DNA of 64,000 nucleotides from the human T2T-CHM13v2.0 reference genome, Homo sapiens: the NCBI RefSeq assembly GCF_009914755.1, contig NC_060926.1, one strand, 5' to 3'. Both the position numbers and the translations under genes were made by a program. The notes beneath the pieces were generated by a model. The model ran no database searches. It was not told the DNA's origin and saw nothing but the letters and a program-made list of their open reading frames with translations. Of this stretch, positions 1 to 21,765 are shown piece by piece (the stretch's first letter is position 1; each line of letters opens with the position of its first letter).

Positions 1-283
<283 letters not shown>

Positions 284-954
284 TAACAACTGCCTGTTAC
301 CCCTATCTTTCCTTCTATTTTTCCACAAAAGTATACCAGAAAGTTTTTCTTCATTGACAGAAGTGTACCTTAGAACTAGTCACAAAAATTGACTTATTAG
401 CTTGGGAGTTATTAACTTGGGAACCAAGTTTAATTCAGACAATCAAGTACATTGACCCTGAAGGGAAGAGTTCCAAATCCCTTCATCTATAAAACCATGA
501 GCTTCTACATCTTAAAGTCTGTATCGTCTGTGGAAGACACAAATATGTACTACTCTCCTAATTTCAGGGAGTGAAAAGAACAACAACAAAAACAGAAAAA
601 CAGGTTGAATAGTAAAATCTCAAGGATCAAGGATGTGCTATGGTCAATTTCAACAGACAGGTAAGGTCAATCTTAAAACAAAATTGAGTTATCATCCATG
701 AAAAGAAAGTGTTTCTCAGAGGAACATAGGCTTTTATTTATTTTTAAATATAAATGCTTTTCCCCTTCAAAGGGGAAAAGTATAGGAGCTGAGGTAACAC
801 ACAGAACTAAACAAGTTCCTACCTCCTTTTGTTCTTCTTTCTTCCTAACAGCCCCAGAGCCCTCAATGTTTTCAGAGCTGGCTAATACTGGTAGTGGTGG
901 CAGGTGAAGCAATGTGGAGGCACAGGGATCCATGTCACACTGTTCGCCTTAGGG

Positions 955-1235
955 TGGAAGTTGCAAACTCACAGTCTGGTTTACAGAAGGATCTGCTTTG
1001 GCCTCAGAGTGCTTGGGAAATTCACATTAGGTGCTAACATTTCAAAATCAGAATAATTCACAAAAAACCTTTAAAAAGTGAGAAATTTGGCAATGTTGGA
1101 TGGGTACTCTGGCCTGGCAATAATTGGCTAAAGCTGAGAAGCAGCTGTCCCCCTGAGATATGAGGCTAGTCCTGCTTTGCAATCAAGCTGCCACATCGGT
1201 ATCTGTTACCTGCCTGGTGCCTGCAAGTTGATTTC
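955..1235. mobile_element. Possible ancient hAT-Charlie (MER102-like) remnant
   Basis: Weak resemblance to recalled consensus (ttgcaaact..., gcagctgtcccc...). Confidence 0.3.
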
Positions 1236-1733
1236 AAGAGAAACTGACAGGTAGTTCTTAAGATCTACAATAGGAAAGGCAACTAAGCCATGTACGTATT
1301 CCACAGCTTGGACATGCCAATCATCTGACTGCTGGGGTATAAGGATCTGTCTTTCATTTAATATTTTAATAGCTAACAAGAGTTGCTGAATGGGACTTTG
1401 TTTAGATGTGTTGGGACACTACCTCTGTTTCAAAAGAGAATTACACAAACCACTCGAATGCCATATAGTTAGAAGCTTTGTTAGTCTGGGCAGGCAGGAT
1501 GAACTAAAAAATAGCCTCAGCCTGGAGGGCATGCTATCACCAAGAGAAACTAAAAATGGGGCGGTAGAAGGCATTTCAGTCTATAGGAGAGCAAATGGAG
1601 AACAAAATCGAAGAAGTTGAGAAATGAAATGGTATACTCAGTTCCTCATGTGTGGGAGGTATTTTGTAAACAATTCCTGCATGTATTGATAAACCTCTTC
1701 ATTCCATCAATGAAGATAATGAATCCAAAGCGG

Positions 1734-2019
1734 ACTTATCAAAGAACACCAAGGTAAAATATCAAAGATTCAGAAACCTTTAGTTCTGGTCCTGTTTTAA
1801 AGTTCATGTAAACATTTCCCCCTTAACTCATGGTTACCTAATTTTGTCATTATCTTACCCATTGGTTCCTATGACAACTTATCAAAGAACACCAAGGTAA
1901 AATATCAAAGATTCAGAAACCTTTAGTTCTGGTCCTGTTTTAAAGTTCATGTAAACATTTCCCCCTTAACTGATGGTTACCTAATTTTGTCATTATCTTA
2001 CCCATTGGTTCCTATGATA
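1734..2019. repeat. 143-bp tandem duplication, 2 copies
   Basis: 1734-1876 equals 1877-2019 except 1829/1972 and 1875/2018. Confidence 0.97.
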
Positions 2020-2159
2020 ACGAAATGAAATCTATATCCAAAAGTACAAGTCTAAGTTATTAATCATTTATTTTCAACTTCACATATTCAGTTCATGTTC
2101 TGAAAATTGATTCAATCCACAAAAAGAAAACACAGGAATTCAAAAAAAATATGAAATGT

Positions 2160-2479
2160 CAAAGACTTCATGACTAAAACACCAAAAGCAATGGCAACAG
2201 AAGCCAAAATTGACAAATGGGATCTAATTAAACTAAAGAGCTTCTGCACAGCGAAAGAAACTATCAGCAGAGTGAACAGGCAACCTACAGAATGGGAGAA
2301 AATTTTCGCAATCTATCCATCTAACAAAGGGCCAATATCCAGAATCTACGAAGAACTTAAACAAATTTACAAGAAAAAAACAAACAACCTCATCAAAAAG
2401 TGGGCAAAGAATACGAACAGACACTTGCCAAAAGAAGACATTTATGCGACCAACAAACACATGAAAAAAAGCTCATCAT
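2160..2479 (+). mobile_element. Internal L1PA (about PA6-8) ORF2 fragment lacking 3'UTR and poly(A)
   Basis: ORF 2170: [30 protein letters not shown]...NKHMKKSSS is the L1 ORF2 C-terminal region. Confidence 0.93.
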
Positions 2480-2651
2480 ATTTATTGAAACAAAATAACA
2501 AAATAAATTTGATGGTTTCACCTAACAGACATTTTGCAGACCAAGTAGCTGATCATTTAAATTAGGTATTTGAAGAGAAATATCAACTAAATGCTAAGGA
2601 CTCACTAAAATAATACAGAATCTGAAAAACACAATATATGAAGAATGGATG

Positions 2652-2987
<336 letters not shown>

Positions 2988-3231
2988 CTATTATAAGAGA
3001 AAAAATGTTTGGAGAGGCGAGGATCATGTTTAAAGGAAGCATGGTGTGGTGGAAAGACAGTAAACTGCAAGTTAAAAACCTGTGGTTTGAGTTCTGAACT
3101 TGCCACTAAAAGCTGTTTGGAATCTTGGATTAATCACTCAACTTTGATGGGTCTCAGTTCTCTTTTTTATTAAATGATCCATAATAGTATATAAGGATCC
3201 TTCAGCTTTAGAATTCTATGATTTGTGTTGA

Positions 3232-3508
3232 TTTTTTTTTTTTTTGAGACAGGGTTTCACTCTAGTTGCTCAGGCTAGAGTGCGATGGCACAATCTCAGC
3301 TCACTACAACCTCCACCTCCCAGGCTCAACCAGTTCTCCTGCCTCAGACTCCTGAGTAGCTGGGAATACAGGCACACACCACTGCACTCAGCTAATTTTT
3401 GTATTTTTTGTAGAGATGGGTTTCACCATGTTGCCCAGGCTGCAAGTGATCCACCTCCAATGGCCTCCCATAGTGCTGGGATTACAGGCGTGAGCTACCG
3501 CGCCTGGC
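3232..3508 (-). mobile_element. Alu
   Basis: Antisense Alu consensus with T-tract. Confidence 0.93.
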
Positions 3509-5611
3509 TTTATGATTTGTGATCTGAAAAGTTATTGCATATAAAAGCACTTAGAAAAAAGGTTAGATTCTTTAAGTGTGATGCTATTCTATTATTTTAC
3601 ATGGTAGGTTTTCATTACCTTTAAGGTAGATGAGCTGTAGGAACTATGTCTCTCTTGGTCCAATTCCTCTTCCGATGGCTTAATGTGTATTTCTCTCCAC
3701 ATCTCCTAGACCCAGGCTTGAGTGGCTTTCATTCTCTGCTCCCATTTAAACAAATGAGCAGAGCATTATCTCACTTTTTCCTTTGTACCAGGGAGTCACA
3801 ACTTTCTCTCTTAAGACTCCCAAATACCAACCCCTCCTTGTCCATATCTACAGTTAAGACTCCCAGATGAATGCCAAGAGCACTTCTAATCCATATAAGG
3901 TTGTTGTTTCAGGTATATCCGGGATACTTAAAGGACAATGTGCACAAGCAAAGCAGCCCAATAGGCCAATACATGAGATAAATTAACCACCTTTAATTTC
4001 CCAATACAAACCTTAACTCTTCATCTGTACTATGCCCATCTCTGCCCTCCCAGGGGGTGTTCCTTCTGGCAAACTCTAAATTGGTGTTCTGGGTCCTAAT
4101 CCCTCTTACATTCTCAGAAACCTTTACTATTGAGGATCCCCCCTTCTTTCATCTGTACTTTCTAATTGTCTCTCTTTGCTGGATAATTTTTATCAGCATT
4201 TATACATGCTAAGCATTGCCCATCTTAAAAACAAACAAAAATGCCTCCTTGGTCCTTACTTTGCCTCTCTAGCTTCCAGCCATTCTGTCCCACCTCTTCA
4301 CGGCCTAGCTTCCAGCCTTACTTTGTGTCTCTCTCTCATTAACAGCACTCCAGACCCTCTGAGCTTTTTTCAAGTTCTTTAAGCACTGGCTTGGAATCAA
4401 AATGTAAGCTGCCTTGTCCATTTATACTGGTAAGCTTAGGCAAATTACTTTACCTCTGTGCTTTAGTTTTATGGCTTGTGAAGTGGAGATACCAGCTCAA
4501 TATACATGTGTTGAATAAATGAGTCTTCTGCAGAATTTATATTTTAGAAAACACATAGTTACCTTTTCTTTATAAAGTTGGTAGATAATCCAGGCATCTT
4601 ATTCTTCTATTTCCCTTTTATTACCTGCTACTCACTTTATCATTTATTAGTGACACCTTAATGCTTATCAATGATCACAGATGGAAAGAAGCTTGGATCA
4701 GTACAAGTACTACTTGATAAATGCTCTAATTACCGCAAAATTTTACTTAAAAAGCAAGAAGAAACATGCTTAAAAACATCTTCTGGAATATATGTGGATT
4801 ACTCTTCTGTATAATGTTTCCCTAATCATTATGTTCCTTTTACCTGAAATGACCTCATAAAAATTCTCTTCCCATATCCCACCCTATCTAGTTAGTAAAT
4901 GCATATTTGTCCTTTAAAACCCAGTTTAGACATTAGTCCCCTGAGAAGCATTCCAAGATGAACTTTCCTTTCATGCCATCTTCAACCAGTATACTCTATG
5001 TATTTTCAACACACTTCCACTGTGACATCTACACAATGTAACAAAATTTATGTATGCTCTGCAGCTAGGCAATGCATTTCTTAAAGACAAGACAACGTCT
5101 TATTCATTTCTGTATCTAAGGGCCTCTCTCTGTGGCCAATATATAGCCACTCAGTGGACATTTATTTGAACTGCCACCAGAAAGCAAAAACAGTATTTAG
5201 ACCCTAAGTTGTAGAACACTGGTTTAAGAAACAAAGTCCAATCTTACAAAAATGTTAATGCAACAAGAAAGTATTATGAGAAATGAGTTTTTGCCCATAG
5301 AACTTATTTTATCATTAAGCTAGAAAGACAAAGTAAAAAATTCTCACAGATCTGACAGACATATTTGCAAACAATGATTCAGTGGAGAGAACTAAGGATC
5401 AGTGGTCATAAGTAGCCTGAATTCTATTTCTATCTTTGATATTATCCAACACTGAGAAAATTATCAAGAATTATCTCCTTCAACCTACTATTTGCATACA
5501 GTAGGAGTGACAACTACAATGGAACCATACACGTTAAAGTATTAAATTATAAAAAATAAAGATGTCACATAAATCCAAGGAATGATCACTATAGTTACAG
5601 TTATGACTGAT

Positions 5612-5665
5612 TACAATTCAAAACTAAACTTCTGAAGATACAATTCAAAACTAAACTTCTGAAGA
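5612..5665. repeat. 27-bp perfect tandem duplication
   Basis: tacaattcaaaactaaacttctgaaga x2. Confidence 0.95.
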
Positions 5666-5795
5666 CCCTGCTGATCAAATTAAGTTTCCACTGACTAAGA
5701 AAAGGTTCAGAAAGATTTACAAATCAATATTTTTCTAAGTGTTCAACACATCTTAATTAAAATTTAATCTGATACACACACCAACATGCATGCAG

Positions 5796-5820
5796 ACACA
5801 CACACACACACACACACACA
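5796..5820. repeat. (CA)n microsatellite
   Basis: Direct reading. Confidence 0.95.
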
Positions 5821-6281
5821 TATATGTGATAAACATATACATCCTAGAAATTTGGATTTACTTAAAATTCTTTCATGAGTCCTCTTTACTAAAACAAATA
5901 AACAGTTTGTAAAAATAACATTAATTATTTGATCACAGCTTTAGTTACATGATCAAGTATGGAAATTCTAATACAAATAACTATCACAAGGAGGGTTATT
6001 TTAATCATTATCAGTTAAGAACATAATTAATAAATTTAAATTCATTTTTTAAATCTGGAAAATATAACCATACTAATGTATAATAGAATTAATTCAGTTT
6101 GAATAGCATCCCATTTTGAGAACCGGGACAAACTTCCTTGAAAGTTTGTTAGATTTCTTTTTGTACTGGAGGTGGACAAACAAACGCCAACAAAAAATTC
6201 TCCATACAAACAAAATCTAACTTGGGATATTCAACCAAACAATATTTTGGATAATATAATAAATACAGTTAAGGATATTTG

Positions 6282-6584
<303 letters not shown>

Positions 6585-6593
6585 AATATTCTA

Positions 6594-6887
6594 GGTTGGG
6601 CACGGTGATTCACGCCTGTAATCCCAGCACTTTGGGAGACTGAGGCAGGCAGATCACCTGAGGTCAGGAGTTTAAGACCAGCCTCACAAACATGGCGAAA
6701 CCCCATCTCTACTAAAAATACAAAAATTAGCCAGGCGTGGTGGTGGGCACCTATAATCCCAACTACTCAGAAGGCTGTGGCAGGAGAATCGGTTGAACCC
6801 AGGAGACGAAGCTGCAGTGAGCCGAGATTGAGCCACTGCACTCCAACCTGGGTGACAGAGTGAGACTCTGTCTCAAAAAAAAAAAAA
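6594..6887 (+). mobile_element. Alu (S-type)
   Basis: Dimer with A-tail. Confidence 0.93.
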
Positions 6888-6954
6888 TTCTAAAATACTC
6901 TAAAAGTAGGTATGTTTTATTATTTTGATCTTAACTAATTAAAAAACTGAAGCA

Positions 6955-7651
<697 letters not shown>

Positions 7652-8769
7652 TCACTTTTTTTTTTTTTTCAACCAGAAAGATATCCACCAAGGCAATGAA
7701 AGAAATTACAGAAATTTCTTTAATGAATATAGAGTTCCATTAAGCAGCCTGCTAGAACATAGTGTAAAGAGAAAGTGTACATATTGGCTTTTTCTAGTGT
7801 GGGTGTCCTGGTATTCTTGGGATCTTTCACCTACTCATATGAGTCAGTTTTATATAACACTGTAACACATAATTTCCCTCCTACACACAAGCCAACACTT
7901 CAGCAATAAGATCTTACCATAAGTTATTTAAGGAATATGGTAACTTGCAACATTTTAGTATTTTATAAAATGTGCAAACAACCAAATTATTACTATGTCA
8001 GCAACAAGCTCCTTGGCTTCCAAAGAAGCATTCACTGTGTTTCAGAGTTTTGGGGAGATGTTAAGAAAATATATAAATTGCTTCACTGTAACAAAATATC
8101 GTAACTATTTTTAAAAACTTCATATTTTATCAAATATTAGTCATTTTGTATGTAAAGAAAGGTAATTAGGCAGTGATTTTGCAACTATATATTTACTGGG
8201 GAATTATTTCCATGGCTACTAAAGATAAGTAACAGGGTTCACGAAATGCAGAATTGATTCAGTTTTCTCGATAGTACATCAAACATTCCATTTCTGAAGG
8301 GTAATGGAAAGGGTATACCTAAAATCAAGTTACCACAAATACAAAGGGAATATCTAGATCTTTTTTATGGTATAGGCTAAAGTTATTTTGCCTTTAGCAT
8401 TACCAAAAATCAGTCATTACATGACTAGTCTTTGGAAATTATTATATTCTGACATTTTCCATTGAATTATTTATCATGAAGAGACAACTTCAGTCTTCTT
8501 TCACTGGAAGGATGAAGGCTCCCAAAGGAAGAAAGCAAAATAGAAAGGAAGGAATGCAAAGTGAAACAGCAAATAAATGTAAGAATGAAATTCTTCCCTG
8601 AGAGACTTGAGAGGCTCATGGCATTATAAAGAAAAGCACCAACTTTATATCTGATGGGAAACTAATTTAAAACAAAACATACTGTCATAGATAACCTCAT
8701 AGTATATGAATAATTTCTATCTTATAGTGTATTCAAATTAGATATGACCTGTTTAAAACTCACAGATGT

Positions 8770-9072
<303 letters not shown>

Positions 9073-9569
9073 TCACAGATGTTCACAAGCTTGGGATTAT
9101 TTTGGGATGCTTGCATTGTCACTATTTGACTTTTTTCCCCCAGTCTTGCATTATGACATGTCAGAATCTATGGTATAACAGAATGCCATTGTCCATATTT
9201 CATCATAACAAGAATCTGCAATATTCTCATGGAAGGCAGAGTGGTGGAACAGAAAGAGTAAAGCAAAAATAGGTTGAAATATCAGCCACCTCTGTTATTG
9301 GCTTATAAGTCTTATACCTCAGACAAATTACATTGAGAGTTGAACAAACAGGAGGCTGTTAATAAATTTGTATAAATGAACCACTTTAAGCTCAATGTGG
9401 TTCATTTACAGGTAAAGGAGAGCTAGTAGTAAGTTTATACATCGTAGGGTTGTAGCCTTATATATGTAACACTTCTAGCATATAATATGTGCTTTTGAAA
9501 ATCAAATTCACTTTCATATTCATTCCTATACCCTAAGAAAGTGGACCATTCAATATTACTAGTACAGCT

Positions 9570-9812
9570 GTACTATAAGCATTTTAAATATACAGTCAAA
9601 TGGCATTAAGTACATTCACTTTGTTGTGCAACCTTCACAACTATCCATCTCCTGAACTTTATCATCCCAAACTAAAACTCTACCCATTAAATGATAATTC
9701 TCATGATGTCCCTTCTCCATAAACTCTGGTAGCCACCTTCCATTTTCTGTTTCTATGAACTTGAATATTCTAGGTACCTCATGTAAATGAAATCATATAA
9801 TATTTGTCCTTC
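9570..9812 (-). mobile_element. Old L1M 3'-end fragment
   Basis: ggcattaagtacattcac...ttctaggtacctcatgtaaatgaaatcat resembles antisense L1MB 3'UTR. Confidence 0.7.
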
Positions 9813-10404
9813 AGTTATATCTAAAGGATCAAATAATCCAATGGTAACAGCAACTCATCTACCAAAAAGACCTAAAATAAACATATGCAAACATACCAAC
9901 ACCACAAAAATCTATTTTTATGATCAAAGAATTTGAGCTGGGAAAAGGACATTGATATACTAACCAATTTTATGGCATAACTGGAAAACTACTACCATTG
10001 CCCACATAATGCTTTATAAGTACTAAGTAGCAGTATACATATGAAAGGACTCAGGTAATGTACATTGCCTTTGTCTCAAGATAGCTAGTAATATGCTAAA
10101 AAAAAAAAAAGATGGAAAGGAAAAGAATATGGAAATACACATTCGATTTTAAAATGTGTTTTCATAATAGTGTATCATTCCACATCATTAAGTAAGCCCA
10201 CAGAATTATTCTGGTGCCTATGAATAGATAATGGTGTCTTCGTATTTGTCTTAAATAGAACCAAGGTCATTGTCAAAGATTTCTGGCTATGACACAATGG
10301 CCATCTTTCTTTTAGACCCCCAGGTGGCAGTGTGGCCCAGGGCAGAAGTCACTTTCTCAGCTGCAAAGCTTCCATCCTACCCAATATAAAAATATCACTT
10401 TTTA

Positions 10405-10773
<369 letters not shown>

Positions 10774-10902
10774 CTAATCTAGAATGCTAAAACCAACAAT
10801 TAGTTCCAGTTCATTTTTAGTAAATAATATAAATTCATTGGATTCTGCCATGTTTGACTCAACCCGACTCTAGCCTTACTTAAATTTCCTCTTTCAAGGG
10901 AT

Positions 10903-11297
10903 TGATATAATTTGGATGTTTGTCCCCTCGAAATTTCTTATTAAAATGTGATCCCCAATGGTGGAGGTAGGGTATCGTGGGAGGAATCTGGCTCATGGGG
11001 GTGTGGTGCCCTCCCCACAGTTAGAAGTGAGTTCTCACACGTTTAGTTACCATGAAATCTGATCATTCAAAAGAAGCTGGCGCCTCCTCTCTCTCTTGCT
11101 CCCTCTCTCACCATATGACATGCCTGCTCCTAACCTTCCACCATGAGTAAAAGCTTTGTGAGGTCTCACCAGTAGCCAAGTAGATGCTGGTATCATGCTA
11201 GTACAGCCTGCAGAACCAGAGCCAAATAAACTTATTTTCTTTATAAATTACCCAGCATCAGATATTCATTTATAGCAATACTACAAGGACTAATGCA
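10903..11297 (+). mobile_element. MST-type ERVL-MaLR solo LTR
   Basis: TG...CA ends (tgatataatttggatgtttgtcccc...ggactaatgca), AATAAA, 5-bp TSD (g/a)ggat. Confidence 0.88.
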
Positions 11298-12346
11298 AGG
11301 ATGGATAATGAAATATTTTCGAGAATACCTATAGTTCGGTTTAAATATAGTACAGTTACTATGATAAGCTGAAAGTTCAATATCTAGGTGTTCAAAGTTA
11401 TTTCTTCTAAGGTAGGGGAAAGAAAGGTTTTATACATACCAGTGAGGTATCATAAACCGAGAATTGAGATGCAACTCAAAAGGGCATTACCTTAATCCAA
11501 AAACACACCACCCTTGCACTCCCATTCACACACTGACTTTCAGGATGATACTAGCCATCTGCCTCTGCCTTCATGAACTGGTAAGAACCATGGCATGCTT
11601 GTTCTGCAGACAAAAGGGCTGTTCTACCTTGCACTTCATTTGTTGGTTTCCTCATTTGTTGATGCCTAACAATGGGATCAACCATTCACTTACCCAGTAG
11701 CCAGTTTTATTGTTAGAAATGTAACACATTCTTCTGTATTTTGTAACTATTCCCCAATTTCTAGTTTCTGAATAGAAAAAACCCTTTCTTACACAGTCTG
11801 TACTTACACATGAAGCATTCACTTAACATTGGGGTCCCATTTATGTCTTCACTGCTAGAGAGGAACCTCTTCCTGCCCTCCATCCACTTCTCTGTCTGCA
11901 GTCATTTTGAAAGCCTCAGTTTGCAGAGATGATTCATCTATTCATAAATATGTAAATAACTAACTCACAATAATTAAATCTAAAGCTTCTTGACTATATC
12001 TTTTGAACTGGGCATCATGTTGTCATGCTCAATTTCATAGAGTTTTAAGAGTATACCCATGATCATAATGGTGGCATGGGCATACTCTTGACATGGATGG
12101 AATGAACAGAACCTAAAGCCAGCTTTGGCTAAAGCTCATGCTTCTTTTGTGCTATCCCAGTGTTATTAAGTACTTAAAACAATGCTAAGCACTACACAGA
12201 TACTTTCCAGAAAGGCCAAGTTTTAAAGTTATTTCATTAGGTTATTTTGGGGATTCACAAAAACATACACAGTGCCAAAGGATATTTAAATTAACCAAAG
12301 AAAAAATTAAAGTGGCTAATAAGGCAAATAAAAATATTAAAATTTT

Positions 12347-12650
<304 letters not shown>

Positions 12651-13234
12651 TTAAAATGTTTAGTGAGCTTGCTGATCTAATAAAAGTTAAAGAGTCAACT
12701 AAACTCAATGTATGGAGCTTATATGGATCTTCATATGAATAAACAAACGGCATGAAAACACTTTTGAAATAAGTGGGGACATTTTAATATGTACCAAATA
12801 TTAGATATATTCAGCAATTAAATTTTGATAGCTGTGATAAATAACATTGTATGTATGAGAAAGTTTCTTATTTGTTAGAGATTAAAATGACAGAAGTATT
12901 TATGGGTAAAATATAATTTCTTAAATTTACTTTTAAACATTCCAGGGAAAGAAAAGTATGTCTGTAGATAAGGGACAGGAAACAGAACAATCAATAACTA
13001 GCAAAATGTTCATAATTATTAAAGTTGGGTGATAACCACACAAGGGGTTCTTATACTCTTCTCTGTACTTCTATATACACTTGAAAATTCCTATAATAAA
13101 AATGTTTAGATAAAACAAAAGGCAGTACTGTACTTTGTACATTTTCTTAATGGTACTAAACACTAGGTAATTAAGTTACAAACCTCAGTTGAGAGAAAAC
13201 CAGAAAATCCAACAAATATTGAGCTCTCCATATT

Positions 13235-13668
<434 letters not shown>

Positions 13669-14262
13669 TAATTTTCATTTTACTTGCTGTTGAAGTATAG
13701 TATGTCTTTTTCTCTGTTATGTGTAAATATACATACACATAACCAGAAAGAGGGAGAAAGAAGGATGGATATGCATATGTAATATGAAAATTACCCAAAA
13801 TAGAACTTCAAAGGCAAGCGATGATTAGAGGGGAAAACAGTCATAGTCTATACTAATTCTCTGGAGTTTTCCAAAGTCTTAGTTATGCTGATTATTCTCC
13901 ATTTGCTCTCTCCTACAGAATACTCCCTTGACAACCAGCTTCTAATGGAGTTTGATCAATGGAGGTTATACAACAGGAAGAAGGAATGGTAGAGGAAGGT
14001 CTGGTAGTAGCTGGATCCTGCCTGCGGCCCCTCTTCCTTACCTCCAAGGCCCACTGGGCTATACTTGTTCTCTCAGGCCTAGGAATGGTCATGACTGGCT
14101 GCTATCTATTGCCGGTTTTTGGTAACTGAAACTAACTGTTGGCTCTCTTAACCTTAGACCTCTGAAACAGCTTTCCACTAAGATCTTTTAAGTTGAATCA
14201 TCTGAGTAAATTTCTATTTTTTGCTTGAACTGACTAATGAAGTAGCATAAGAAAATACAGTA

Positions 14263-14578
<316 letters not shown>

Positions 14579-14799
14579 TCAGTCTGGAAACACACACACA
14601 TATACAAACACAAAACAAACACACCCAATTTTTTATTGCTTATTAGAATTTTTCTTTTTGATAAATTACCTAAAATAGAACTATTTCGATAGTGTCTATG
14701 CTTAAAAATATATATATACATACACACGTCTATAAATATACATATATACATTGTATGTATATATAATGAAAAGCAAAGTACATGTAATAGTTTTGGTAA

Positions 14800-15710
14800 A
14801 CTTGTTACTGAAGTATTAAAAACACAGAAATTATGTAAATCTCAAGTATATGGCTTAAGAAAATTCAAAAATTTTCATAAAAAGAGCATACCAATGTAAA
14901 TAGCACCAAGTTAAAGAAACAGAATATTATCAGCACCCCCCCGAAGCCTCTCTTGTGGCCCATCCTTTCACAACACCGCCACCTCCACTGAATGCTATGC
15001 TGGCCACTGACTGACACTGAACACCATAGATTAATATGTTATTTATATTTCACGTAAGTGGTTATACATAAATTAGTATCTTATATAACTCTTATGTAAA
15101 TGGACATATACACTTAATGTATGTATGTACAATTAATATATGTCTTTTATGGCTGGTTTCTTTCACTCAACACTATGTTTGAAAAATTCATCCGGTTGTT
15201 ATGGTAGTGATAAATTTGTTCATTCTCATTGTTTTAAGTTTTCCACTATGTGAATATACCATGATTATCTCCCATTACAGAGTGGATAGACAGCTGAAGT
15301 TAACTATTATGAATAAGGCTGCTATTCCTAACTATTATGAATAGGACTGCTATTCTTTTGTTTTATATATATAAACATATATGTGTTATATATGTTTATA
15401 TGTACTTAATACATGTTTATGTATACCTGTTATATGTATATATGTATATTTTATGTTCTATATGTATATATGTAAACATATGTGTATACATACTTATATA
15501 TGTTATATATACTGATATACCTACAGGAAGGATTACTAGCTCTCAGAACACACATACGTAGACACTGCCAAACAGTTTTCCAAAGTAGTTGTGCCAATTT
15601 CCCCTTCTAACAATAGTATAAGACAGTTAACACTGTTTCACATCCTTGCTGGTATTGTCTTTTTTTTTTTTAATGCAGTCATTCTGGTGGATATGTATGT
15701 AGTGGCATTC
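14800..15710 (-). mobile_element. Old L1M 3' region interrupted by TA-rich low complexity (15363-15511)
   Basis: ctttcactcaacactatgtttgaaaaattcatcc, actgccaaacagttttccaaagtagttg motifs. Confidence 0.6.
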
Positions 15711-15903
15711 CAATTTTGTTCTTATATATGCATATCTCCAACAGAAATTAATACATATGTTCACCAACGCAACTTAATTTTATTCCGAAATTCACAGGCT
15801 AGAGAATCGTAGAAGGGTACTTTCAGATAAAAAGTCTGATAAAGTAGGTTTATCTACAATGAAAACAGCAGTTAAGTTCACCTATTTAAAAAGTACACCT
15901 ATT

Positions 15904-16230
<327 letters not shown>

Positions 16231-16431
16231 GGACACCTATTGATACACGCATACATAACACTTTCAGACACGGAGAGCCAAGTCTCTCTATAGACACTCT
16301 TATGGGACCCACCCTGCTTGAAGAGGGGACACAACTATGATGCTATTCTACAAATCAAATTAATACTATTCAGAATGCCAAGATACGGTTTCTCATAAAT
16401 TAGATGAATCAGGCAGTATGCAATTAATTAG

Positions 16432-16792
<361 letters not shown>

Positions 16793-17148
16793 TCATACTT
16801 TCACTTAATTACCCTTACCCTGTTAGGCTGAGATGATAAGCATGGAAATTCATGCCCTTGAAATAATTTAACAAAGAATCTTCTTATAGTAAAACCACCA
16901 GGTATTTTTTGAAGAAAATGTTTGTTCACTGATGCAAAAATTCAATCTAGTCAGCCAAATAATAAGGATTATAAGACAACAAAAACAGCACACCTAAATG
17001 GGTAATGTAACAGAAAACTTTTCAATTTTAGGAGAGAAAACAAAACAATGAAAGAAATTAGGTTGTCATCAAGTGATACTTTTAAAGAATAAAAATTACT
17101 ATGAAATCTTCTCTTATCCTTTTTGCAAAAGCCTTAAATACTACAAAG

Positions 17149-20727
<3,579 letters not shown>

Positions 20728-21310
20728 CTACAAAGTCTTTTCTTCCCCAGACAGACAATTAAAACAAATTACTCTGCCAGGATTTCCAGAAAAAATAAAA
20801 TTCACTTTATGTCAGAACAATAGCCATACAAAGAGTATGAACTAATGAAAAAGGTAAAAAAGAAAATGTACAATGCTAAGCCTAATAATTTCATTCAATC
20901 ACAAGCTTCTTACATCTCCTGAATGAATAAGTACATGACAAATAGCAAATGTTCTTGTTCAACTGTATACTATAAATTTCATGTATTATTACATTGTCAA
21001 TTATTTTTAACCATGTATATTCACAATATACATATCCAGAAATAAATACATGACATAAATATGAATTAATAAAAAATTAGGCAATGTATCTAACACTAAG
21101 CTTGATGGAGCAGAGATTCAAAGATTTAATGCATGGTTTTTTAATATCTATGAAAAAATTGGGAGAAATCTAAAAATCTCAAATGGCAAAACAAAAAGAT
21201 AGGTTACCAAAAGTATTAAATATTTCAAAAACCTGTCTTGGTTTTTAAATATTTAATAAATATTAATAAAATAAAATTAATTAAAATATTTAATAAATAT
21301 TTTAAATATT

Positions 21311-21610
<300 letters not shown>

Positions 21611-21680
21611 ATATATTTTTAAAACCCCAATAACTGAGGGAGTATACCTAGAAAGAACACTTCAGGCTATACATCTCAGA

Positions 21681-21765
21681 GAAACAAAACAAAACAAACA
21701 AAACAAAACAAAACAAAACAAAACAAAACAAAACAAAACATAACATAACATAACATAACATAACA
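21681..21765. repeat. Compound pentanucleotide microsatellite (AAAAC)n-(ATAAC)n
   Basis: Direct reading. Confidence 0.95.

Noticed and set aside
21219-21310. AT-rich imperfect palindrome
   Set aside because: Low-complexity AT tract in which self-complementarity is expected by chance
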